Part shown: positions 53,124 to 61,567 of the stretch, piece by piece
Layout of the letters: each line of letters begins with the position of its first letter
Position numbering within the stretch: the first letter of the stretch is position 1
Assembly (NCBI GenBank): GCA_051878555.1
Contig: JBJEKI010000047.1
Location: forward strand, 47,203 to 111,202
From: Lepagella sp.
GTDB lineage: Bacteria; Bacteroidota; Bacteroidia; Bacteroidales; Muribaculaceae
Reading direction: 5' to 3'
Length of the DNA: 64,000 bases
The notes under the pieces: generated by a model
Databases searched by the model: none
Seen by the model: only the letters and a program-made list of their open reading frames with translations
Told to the model about the DNA's origin: nothing
Program-made: the position numbers and the translations under genes

Positions 53124-54644
53124 ATGAATTTCACACCTTTAGCAGCCCCTTTCTTCAGACGGAGGGCATGTCGTGTGGATAATTGGGCATCTGATAGCGA
53201 GCCTATACAGATCGCTCAGTTGAAAAGCCTGTTGAAGCGTGTCGCTCCGACCGAGTTTGGCCGCAGATTCGGGCTCGATGAGTTGTGTGCCCTCTCCGAC
53301 CCTTACGATCGTTTCGCCGACAGGGTGCCTACTTGTCTCTATGAGGATATCCGCGATGATGTGTTGCGTATGATTCAGGGTGCCCCCGATGTCTTGTGGC
53401 CCGGTGTATGCCGCGATTTCGCACAATCTTCCGGCACTTCGGGCGGCAGATCCAAGTTTATACCCATCACTCATGACAGTCTCTATCGCTGTCATTATCC
53501 CGGCGCCGCCGATTGCGTGGCCCATTACCTCCGTGCCAACCCCAAGTCGCGGATTTTCTCCGCTAAGTCGTTCGTGCTCGGCGGTTCTTTCGCCAATCAA
53601 CTCAACATCACCGACCCGAATATTCATATCGGCGACCTTAGCGCTACGCTCATCAGCCGAATTAACCCTCTCGCCAATCTATTCCGCCTCCCCGACAAGA
53701 GGACGGCGCTACTCCCTAATTGGCAGGATAAACTCCCCGCGCTGGTCCGTGCTTCTGCATACGCCGATATCTCCAATATCTCGGGTGTCCCTTCTTGGTT
53801 CCTGTCGGTCATCAAGGAAGTGATGGCTCTCAGAGGCGTAGATAAGATATCTGACGTTTGGCCAAATCTTGAAGTGTTCTTCCATGGTGGCATCTCTTTC
53901 GAACCTTATCGTGAGATCTATCGTTCGATCACTGACCCCCGGAAGATGCATTTCGTCGATACATATAATGCTTCGGAGGGATTCTTCGCCATCCAAAATA
54001 ATATGAAGGACCCCTCGATGCTGCTTATCATCGACAATGATATTTTCTATGAGTTTATCGATATAGCCGATCCTAATGCCACCCCCGTGCCTATGTGGAA
54101 GGTGAAGAGAGATCATGTATATGAGTTGCTGATATCTTCGAGCAATGGCTTGTGGCGCTATCATCTCGGCGACACGGTGAGAGTTGTCTCCATCGCTCCT
54201 GTCAAGATAGTAGTGGCAGGACGAACCAAAACTTTCATCAATGCTTTCGGCGAGGAGCTGATGGAGAATAATGCCGAGCAGGCGATAGCTGCCGCTTGCC
54301 GTCGTTGCAATGCTTCTATTTCCAATTACACCGCCGCTCCGGTCTACGCCACTCAGCAGAATCGTGGTTTCCACCAGTGGCTCATCGAGTGGGATGTTGA
54401 ACCCGATAGTATCGATAAGTTCGCTAAGATCCTCGATGAAGAACTCCGTCGTGTAAATTCCGATTATGATGCCAAGAGAGCTCACACCATATTTCTGGAT
54501 CCTCCGCAAGTGGTGTCGCTCCCGGCCGGATCCTTCAATCGTTGGCTCGCTTCTGTCGGCACCGGTAAGTTGGGCGGACAGCGTAAGGTGCCACGTCTCA
54601 GCAATAATCGCACTATCGCCGATGAAATCCTGAAGCTCTTATAA
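53124..54644 (+). CDS. GH3 auxin-responsive-family (acyl-acid amido synthetase-like) protein
   Basis: AQSSGTS..SKFIP, YNASEGFF, LWRYHLGDTV and LGGQRKVPRL motifs. Confidence 0.9.
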   Translation: MNFTPLAAPFFRRRACRVDNWASDSEPIQIAQLKSLLKRVAPTEFGRRFGLDELCALSDPYDRFADRVPTCLYEDIRDDVLRMIQGAPDVLWPGVCRDFAQSSGTSGGRSKFIPITHDSLYRCHYPGAADCVAHYLRANPKSRIFSAKSFVLGGSFANQLNITDPNIHIGDLSATLISRINPLANLFRLPDKRTALLPNWQDKLPALVRASAYADISNISGVPSWFLSVIKEVMALRGVDKISDVWPNLEVFFHGGISFEPYREIYRSITDPRKMHFVDTYNASEGFFAIQNNMKDPSMLLIIDNDIFYEFIDIADPNATPVPMWKVKRDHVYELLISSSNGLWRYHLGDTVRVVSIAPVKIVVAGRTKTFINAFGEELMENNAEQAIAAACRRCNASISNYTAAPVYATQQNRGFHQWLIEWDVEPDSIDKFAKILDEELRRVNSDYDAKRAHTIFLDPPQVVSLPAGSFNRWLASVGTGKLGGQRKVPRLSNNRTIADEILKLL

Positions 54645-54675
54645 AATATAAAAACGCGCTCATCGAGCGCGCTCT

Positions 54676-55602
54676 CTATACTGTGCCCATCAGAACTTTA
54701 AGCCGATAGAAGAAGTCCGATTCTCGTCGACTATACCCGATCTCTCGGTCCATCAGCAGCTGAATCCTTGATTTCATACTCTTGCGATATTCGCAAAATC
54801 TCTCTATCAGTGCTCTCCCCTCCTGGTCGAGCTCATCGCCACAATCCCTCAAAAAAGCTCGGTTCTGCTTCTCAAGGGTATGCTCTTTATATCTCTGTTT
54901 CAATAGCCGAGTCTTCATCCTCCCCCAGAAGGGTTGGCTCCCTATCTGATTACCCCCATGTTGACGGTAGAGGATTCTTGATTCTTTGTCCCAGATGAAG
55001 CATCCGGCGAAGAGTGCTATCTGATACATCCGGAAGTCGTGAACCTTCAGTCCGGTGCGGTAGGTGCGGTCGTAGATCTCGGCTGCCACCCGATTGAAGA
55101 GCATGGTGCAGCCGGTGGCAAAGTTCTCTACCAGCCCGCGACTTCGCGTTATCTCGATGTCGCCACATTGCCATCTCAGTCCGATCTCTTTCAGATCGGA
55201 GTCTACCAGCATCGTGTTCGAGGCGTAGGCTATCGGCCGCCCTGTATATTCCGGCTCTTTTCGCTCGATGGCCTTGACTCCTCGCTCCAATTTGTCGCTC
55301 AGCCATACATCGTCTTGGTCGGCAAAGGAGAAGATCTCGGCGTCCGGATAGCGGCTCAGACCCTCTTTGATAAGTCGACTGAATGAGGCTGCAAATCCTA
55401 TGTTCTTGTCTTCGATCACTTCGATACGCCCAGACTCTTCCTCTTGCCATCTCCCCAAGAGGGCAAGGGTGCCATCGCTCGATCCGTCGTCTCTAATCAG
55501 CAACTTCACGTCGACACCCTGCTGATCCATTATGCTCCGGATCTGAGCGTCGAGATATTTCTCGCCGTTGTAGGTCGACATCAGTGTGACTACTTTCCTC
55601 AT
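54676..55602 (-). CDS. Glycosyltransferase family 2 (rhamnosyltransferase-like)
   Basis: LMSTYNGEKY, RDDGSSD, FADQDDVW, GCTM and HD motifs. Confidence 0.9.
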   Translation of the reverse strand: MRKVVTLMSTYNGEKYLDAQIRSIMDQQGVDVKLLIRDDGSSDGTLALLGRWQEEESGRIEVIEDKNIGFAASFSRLIKEGLSRYPDAEIFSFADQDDVWLSDKLERGVKAIERKEPEYTGRPIAYASNTMLVDSDLKEIGLRWQCGDIEITRSRGLVENFATGCTMLFNRVAAEIYDRTYRTGLKVHDFRMYQIALFAGCFIWDKESRILYRQHGGNQIGSQPFWGRMKTRLLKQRYKEHTLEKQNRAFLRDCGDELDQEGRALIERFCEYRKSMKSRIQLLMDREIGYSRRESDFFYRLKVLMGTV

Positions 55603-55617
55603 AGTATAAAGTCGCGA

Positions 55618-57066
55618 TTATCTGAGTTTCAGCACTTTCACTACGCCGCCGGAAACAATCCTTACCACCACCGGATTGGCCGCGTCGATGCCCTCTACGC
55701 TTACATCTTTCCCGACATTGCGGCTCTGATATAGGGTCGTGCCGTTCAGACCGAAGATCTCGACGGTTTCGATATCCTCGCTCGAGGTGATAGTCACGCT
55801 GTCGCCGGCTCTCCGGGCATTGATCTTAACTTCGCCTAGAAGTGTCTCTTTTATTCCTGTGTCGTAGGAGCCCACCTCGAAGAGTCCCCACACCGGGTGG
55901 GCTGACCAGATCGCTTCGGTGTCTTTGGTTACGTTGAGCTTGATGGCATATCTTCCCTCTTCATTCTCAAGCCCGGAGAAGGAGGTGGCATCGACTGTCG
56001 GTGGAGTGTCTATCTTTCTTACCACATCGACCAGAGTGAGTGATGTCAGATTTCTGAATGCGTTGACACCGATGCTGTTGACGTTAGCGCCGAGTGTCAG
56101 CGTAGTAACATTAGGGCTGTCGGCGTAGGCAGCTTCACCGATCGTAGGCTGGTTGATCGTCAGATCGCCGGCCTTCTGACTGTTGGCTACCATCAGCGCC
56201 GGGATGTCTCCGGTGAAGGTGGGTAACTGTAGAAGTTGGGGGTCGTTGAAGAAGACGCCCATATCCATCGTGACATATTGCGTCTGGCTTAAGGTCACTG
56301 AATTCAGAGAAGCCATGTCGGCAAATGCGAATCTTCCGATATTCTCCACCGCTGTGAGGTTGAGCTCCTCTGCCGCTGTGCCTCGATAGGCTTTGGCTCC
56401 GACTGTGGTAACACTCGAGGGGATGACTGCCGAGTATTTGCTACACCCCTCGAACATGCTCTCCGGGATGCTCGTGATGCCATACTTGAACTCTACTCCG
56501 GTCAGTGATACGCACTCTTTGAAGATGCCCTTATCTAATGTGGCATCTGCCGAGAGCACCACTCTCTGCAATGAACGACAGCGACTGAACGCTCCGGTAG
56601 CGATCTTGCTGACTGTGGCGGGTATTTCCACTTCGGTGAGCTCGGAGTCGGCGAATGCCCCTTGGCCGATGATCTTGATCTCTTGCGGAAATATGATCTT
56701 GGTGATGCTCGATCCCATCAGCATGAAGGGGGGGATCTCGTCGGCGGCAAAGTCGGTGAGCCCTAAGTAGTCGCCATCGCTATAGGTATATGATACGATC
56801 TTCAACCCCGACATGTCGAGAGTCTTGACGTTGCGACTCATCTCCTTGAGGAGCACCAGGTCGGTGACGTTAGCACTCCCGGTGAGCACTACCATCTCGT
56901 CGGTGCTGTTCTTCAGCTTGGGCCATTGCTCGCTCAGGGTCCCGGGGGTAAGCTCGACACTCAGTCCCATGGAGGTGGAGGCGTAGAGCATTATAAGCCC
57001 TATCGTTAGCAGTATTTGCAGGGAGTTCTTCCTTTCTCCGCGGTTGGTTGCGTTGTTTCGTATCAT
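55618..57066 (-). CDS. BspA-type leucine-rich-repeat surface protein with T9SS C-terminal domain
   Basis: Signal peptide; TpLRR repeats (IGQGAF, IATGAF, IPESMF, IGVNAF); C-terminal ...VEIFGLNG...KVLKLR. Confidence 0.85.
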   Translation of the reverse strand: MIRNNATNRGERKNSLQILLTIGLIMLYASTSMGLSVELTPGTLSEQWPKLKNSTDEMVVLTGSANVTDLVLLKEMSRNVKTLDMSGLKIVSYTYSDGDYLGLTDFAADEIPPFMLMGSSITKIIFPQEIKIIGQGAFADSELTEVEIPATVSKIATGAFSRCRSLQRVVLSADATLDKGIFKECVSLTGVEFKYGITSIPESMFEGCSKYSAVIPSSVTTVGAKAYRGTAAEELNLTAVENIGRFAFADMASLNSVTLSQTQYVTMDMGVFFNDPQLLQLPTFTGDIPALMVANSQKAGDLTINQPTIGEAAYADSPNVTTLTLGANVNSIGVNAFRNLTSLTLVDVVRKIDTPPTVDATSFSGLENEEGRYAIKLNVTKDTEAIWSAHPVWGLFEVGSYDTGIKETLLGEVKINARRAGDSVTITSSEDIETVEIFGLNGTTLYQSRNVGKDVSVEGIDAANPVVVRIVSGGVVKVLKLR

Positions 57067-57135
57067 ATTTTTGCTGTTTATTGACGCGTAAATTTAGCAA
57101 TTTTTTTTGATTTATGACCTGTTATCGCCATTTTC

Positions 57136-60100
57136 TTAGTTTACGACTACGATTTTGGCGGTCTTGTTATAGCTGTCTTCTTGAGGTCCGTTGGAGGCTA
57201 TTACGGTGTAGACGCCGGAGGGAACTCGCTTGCAGAACATATTGGTTACATCCCATCGAGCCACGCCATTGACAGCCTGGCCACATTCTTTGATCAGGTT
57301 GCCGCCGATATCCACGATTTTCACCATGGCTTGGTCGCTGAGTCCTTCGATGGTGACATAGCCGAAGTAGTCGGGTCTCACCGGATTGGGATAGCATTTC
57401 AGGTCGCTGCCGGTGTCGCCGGTGCCCCCTCCCGGGATGAAATATTCGCAGAGTCCCTTGTCGGTCGAAATCATCAGCGAGCCGGATGCCGGGTTGTAGC
57501 ATACGGCGAATACCGAACTGCCCGGCAGAGGCGAGTTGTCGGGGGTGAAGGTGGAGATAATCTCGCGCCCGTCGGAAGAGGTGCAGACAAGCCCGGCGCC
57601 GTTGGTGCCAAACCATTTACGCCCCGAGGCGTCGGTGGCTATGCTGTTGACGGTGACTCCCGACAGCAGGTAGTCGGCAAGTCCCGTACCGTCGTTGCGT
57701 GGCACTTTGATGCGGCGTACGGAGGTCGGATCGTCAAAGATCTCTTGAGGATCGAAGGTGAAGAGCCCATCTCCATAACTTATCCATACCAACCCTGTGT
57801 TGACATCTTCATACCAGTCGATTACATAGTAGAAGTCCAGTTTATTGCCATCCTGATCGTAGAGATTTTTCATCTGGGCGGTGCGGTCGTCAGAGCGGTT
57901 GTCGATAGTGCCGTTATGATCCCAGATCAGGATCGGGGTAGTGGTCGTGTTGCCGCAGTGCATCACGATGTTCTTGTTCTTAGAGCCGTGGAGCGCCCTG
58001 ACTTTTGGGGTATTTCCGGTGAGCAAGTTGTCAAATTTAAATTGTTTCCAGCCATGCACATTGCTCGCCGTGGTGCTGGCGGCTCTGTCGGCTGCCGACC
58101 ACATCCAGAGCTCGGTATAACTACTCACCTCGACTCCAGGCTCCGGGTTGACAAAGGCTGTCCAGAGATTGCCCGAGTTGTCAAACGATGGGGCGGCAAA
58201 TACACACTGCTCTTTCCAGGTGCCGTCAGGATTGTCGGGCACAATCACGGCAAATCCTTCTTTGCCATTGCCCCCCAGCATATCTGAGGGCATCGACATG
58301 TGGATGGATTTGGTCGGATCTTTCAAGTCAAGTCGCAATAAGCCTGAACGCTCCGATCCGCAGTAGACATGGTCAGCATTGTTCGGGTCGATCGAGATAC
58401 CGAAGGGGCTGTCGATCAGTAGCCCTTGCATGTCGGTACGATAGGTCGTCGACAGGGGTGTCCAGGTCATATCTTTATAGCCGGAAATCAGGTCGTTGGT
58501 CAGAATCATACGCGATGAAAAGATGTATTCAAAACCATGGTTGCGCACCAGCATACCGTAGGTCGGACTATATTCCATATATGAGCAGTGGAACGCCGTC
58601 GAGGTGTTGGGGAAAAATTGCTGTGTCAGCATGGTCCATTCCCCACCCTGCTCCGGCAGTCGCAGCGAGCAGATTCCATCGCGCTGTGTAGAGACCCAGA
58701 GTGTCTTGCCGTCGATGCTCCCTATGTTGGAGAAGTAATAGTCTTTGGGAAGTGTCGTCGCCTGTAATTTGCCGCTCTCATCGATGCTTACGATCTGCCA
58801 GTTATACACCAACAGCATGCCGCTTCGACTCCTTGAGAGGAAGACCACTCCCGGATCATATATCGGATTTGATATGTATGTGCCGGTGCTGTCATCGACT
58901 CTGCCGGGTGTCTTGTTGCCGCGTGCCCCATACAGGAAGTAGAGCCGGTCGTTCGTGATATTGAGCGATTCAACTCCGACCTCCGATGATATTTGCTGAT
59001 ATTTCTCAAAGTCAAATTCTTTGGGCTCGCCGCAATAGAGGCCGTCGTCGGTGGCTATCCAAATTTTGTCGTGATAGGGCATCACACTGTTGACTTTGCG
59101 GTTGAACACTCGCGAGGTGGATACCTCGTTGATAGAGGCATCTATCACTACATAGCCGAAGTTGGTGGCAAGATAGACATAACGTCCTGTCTCGTCGAAG
59201 GTTATGTCGTTAACTCCCTTATTGAGCGATGAATCAGCTACCTTCAGCCCGGTGATGGTGGTGACATTATCATCTTTGTCGATGATGTCGATGTTGCCAT
59301 CTTCGTGTGCCACAACCAAATAGTTCTTGTCATAGTTGTAGCTGATACAGATGGCGTTGCTGCCGGATAAGATGTTGGAACTGTTGAGGTATTCGATGGC
59401 TCCATCCTCCTTGTCATAGCGGAAGAGAATCCCGTAGAAGGTGGAGGCGTTGACATTCGAGGGATTGTATTCCTGCCGGGTGCCGAGGAAATAAACGAAC
59501 GATGGGGTGTCTACTATGCGATGCATATAGCCATCGTAGGAGGCATGTAGTCGCCACTGTGAGTCGTCAGCGCGGGCTGTCATCCCGACCAAGAAGATGA
59601 TGAGCAGGGTGAGTATCCCGGCGAGATAGTCACGCAGCTTGCGCATCGCTCTGCCCCGATGGGAGATGGCATCTTTCTCCTCTCCGCTCATCTCGGCAAA
59701 GCATTTGCCCCTCTCTGCCGCTATGAAAATCGGATCGTAGCCGAAGCCGCCATCGCCATGGGGTTCGGTGGCTATGCTTCCCTCTACTCTCCCCTCGAAG
59801 ATGTGCACTTCTCCATCCAAGGATAGCGCTATCGCCGTCGAAAAGTGTGCCCCGCGATCCTCTTTACCCTCCATCTCACGAAGCAGCTTGGCCACATTCT
59901 CCGCCGGTGTGCAGGGATCTCCCGCATAGCGCGCACTGTATACACCGGGAGCTCCATCCAAGGCATCTACCATCAGCCCCGTGTCGTCCGCAAAACAGTC
60001 ATAGCCATAGCGATCGCGGACCCAACGTGCCTTGATCAGGGCATTCCCCTCAAGCGTCTCTGCCGTCTCCGGTATCTCGTCGTGACAGCCGATATCTGAA

Positions 60101-60198
60101 AGTGACAAGATCTCAAACTCATCAGAGATGATTCGCTTTGCCTCTTCCAGCTTGTGCATATTGTTGGTGGCAAATACAAGCTTCTTATCTTTTTTCAT
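57136..60198 (-). CDS. rdgB-porZ: In-frame fusion: RdgB/HAM1 XTP/dITP pyrophosphatase (aa ~1-192) + signal-like segment + PorZ-like T9SS beta-propeller protein
   Basis: RdgB motifs FATNNMHK, ETLEGNALIK, FADDTGL, PGVYSARY, GFGYDPIF and SHRGRA; then MRKLRDYLAGILTLLIIFLVGMTARA; then propeller repeats, YLLSGVTVNSIATDASGRKWFGT and CTD YPNPVRP...SGVY...KIVVV. No stop in 1020 codons. Confidence 0.88.
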   Translation of the reverse strand: MKKDKKLVFATNNMHKLEEAKRIISDEFEILSLSDIGCHDEIPETAETLEGNALIKARWVRDRYGYDCFADDTGLMVDALDGAPGVYSARYAGDPCTPAENVAKLLREMEGKEDRGAHFSTAIALSLDGEVHIFEGRVEGSIATEPHGDGGFGYDPIFIAAERGKCFAEMSGEEKDAISHRGRAMRKLRDYLAGILTLLIIFLVGMTARADDSQWRLHASYDGYMHRIVDTPSFVYFLGTRQEYNPSNVNASTFYGILFRYDKEDGAIEYLNSSNILSGSNAICISYNYDKNYLVVAHEDGNIDIIDKDDNVTTITGLKVADSSLNKGVNDITFDETGRYVYLATNFGYVVIDASINEVSTSRVFNRKVNSVMPYHDKIWIATDDGLYCGEPKEFDFEKYQQISSEVGVESLNITNDRLYFLYGARGNKTPGRVDDSTGTYISNPIYDPGVVFLSRSRSGMLLVYNWQIVSIDESGKLQATTLPKDYYFSNIGSIDGKTLWVSTQRDGICSLRLPEQGGEWTMLTQQFFPNTSTAFHCSYMEYSPTYGMLVRNHGFEYIFSSRMILTNDLISGYKDMTWTPLSTTYRTDMQGLLIDSPFGISIDPNNADHVYCGSERSGLLRLDLKDPTKSIHMSMPSDMLGGNGKEGFAVIVPDNPDGTWKEQCVFAAPSFDNSGNLWTAFVNPEPGVEVSSYTELWMWSAADRAASTTASNVHGWKQFKFDNLLTGNTPKVRALHGSKNKNIVMHCGNTTTTPILIWDHNGTIDNRSDDRTAQMKNLYDQDGNKLDFYYVIDWYEDVNTGLVWISYGDGLFTFDPQEIFDDPTSVRRIKVPRNDGTGLADYLLSGVTVNSIATDASGRKWFGTNGAGLVCTSSDGREIISTFTPDNSPLPGSSVFAVCYNPASGSLMISTDKGLCEYFIPGGGTGDTGSDLKCYPNPVRPDYFGYVTIEGLSDQAMVKIVDIGGNLIKECGQAVNGVARWDVTNMFCKRVPSGVYTVIASNGPQEDSYNKTAKIVVVN

Positions 60199-60244
60199 TC
60201 TGTTTTCTCCTTCTTTTTTCTGGTTCTTCCGTTTGAACGCGCTC

Positions 60245-61333
60245 TTACATCGCCGTGCCTGACAACAATTCGATCGTGATCGGCACACGCAGTAAACATA
60301 ATATTATGGAGACTATCATCAGAGGATAGTAGTATTTCTTGCTCGCTAAGGGCAACATCGCAAAGGCAAAGATGTCGAATGTGCCAAACAATTCTCCAAG
60401 TCGGGCTCGCATCACAGGGATGTCGACAAAGAGCAGATAACATAGTTGCGATATGATATAGAATCCCAACACCGGCACTGCCAGAGGATAGTGTCGCTTG
60501 ATCTCTTTGAGATTGAAGAGTAGGAATATCGCCACGAATGCCATCACCGCACTCTGTATACCCAGCTTCGAGGCTACATAGTCGCGATTGCCCATATACG
60601 ACCTTACGTAGGCATCAATAAAGTCTACAGGAATGAATTTCGCTACGTAGCCGAAAGCATTGTTGGTGTATCCCATCACCAACGCTGCTAAGATTATGCC
60701 GCTCCATACCCATTTGTTCAAATCCTTGTAGGGCACAAAGTAGAGCGGCAGAAAGAGTGCCATCGACTTGTGAAACCAAAATGCGACACCCACCAACAGC
60801 ATGTAGGGCCATATCTTACGCTCCGTGATGAATCGCACCGCATACAAGATAATACCCAAACCGATGGCTACACGCATCTGGATCATATCGTGCAACACAA
60901 AGTAGTAGGAGAGATAGACCACTAATGAGAGCCAAATATTCGGCGAGTTCTTGAAGATGCCGATGATATGACCACCCACAGACAATGTCGCATATACTCC
61001 CAACAAGAACAAGAACGTCGGCGATATCTTCACCATTGTGACGAACGACGCCTCTATGTCTTGCCGCAGATTCTCACCTCCTCCCATCCGGTAGAGGTTC
61101 TCATACATCTGATAGTCTGCAAGCTCGTCCGATCGAAATATACACATTACGATCAGCCCGACTGCTATCAGCCCGGCGCCTATAAACACCGGCTGCCGAT
61201 GCCCCTTCTTCCATCGAGCCAGGGCATCATATCTCTCTTGGCTCTCGTCGTGACTGTAGACCACCTTCAGTGAACTTAATGGTAACGTCAAGAGCAATAT
61301 CGTTGCGGCTAACGCCAGATAGATTATCTCCAT
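60245..61333 (-). CDS. EpsG-family polysaccharide polymerase (Wzy-like)
   Basis: Multi-TM; FRS...DY..Y, QMRVAIG and WFHKS motifs; start trimmed to ATG 61333. Confidence 0.8.
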   Translation of the reverse strand: MEIIYLALAATILLLTLPLSSLKVVYSHDESQERYDALARWKKGHRQPVFIGAGLIAVGLIVMCIFRSDELADYQMYENLYRMGGGENLRQDIEASFVTMVKISPTFLFLLGVYATLSVGGHIIGIFKNSPNIWLSLVVYLSYYFVLHDMIQMRVAIGLGIILYAVRFITERKIWPYMLLVGVAFWFHKSMALFLPLYFVPYKDLNKWVWSGIILAALVMGYTNNAFGYVAKFIPVDFIDAYVRSYMGNRDYVASKLGIQSAVMAFVAIFLLFNLKEIKRHYPLAVPVLGFYIISQLCYLLFVDIPVMRARLGELFGTFDIFAFAMLPLASKKYYYPLMIVSIILCLLRVPITIELLSGTAM

Positions 61334-61482
61334 GTCTTTCCTTTCATATAGTGCACTTTTTTCGCTATTGCGCATACTTAGCACTATCTTTTCTAACGTC
61401 ACAGATAGTCTATTTATTATCTTTTATACACTTTATTATTATCTATTGTGTGCTTTGTTCGGTGTTTTTTCTATTTTTTTAT

Positions 61483-61490
61483 TATATTTG
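61483..61490 (+). promoter_or_regulatory. -7 box TATATTTG for leuS
   Basis: TAnnTTTG ~80 nt before the ATG. Confidence 0.6.
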
Positions 61491-61567
61491 CAGTTTGGGA
61501 AATCATTGTGACTTTCCTAACCCCCATTTTCCCCTATCAGATTATTTTCTTGTTTTTATATATTCAA

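Noticed and set aside
57181-58287. 368-aa plus-strand ORF
   Set aside because: It is antisense to the porZ region, with no motifs and no start context.
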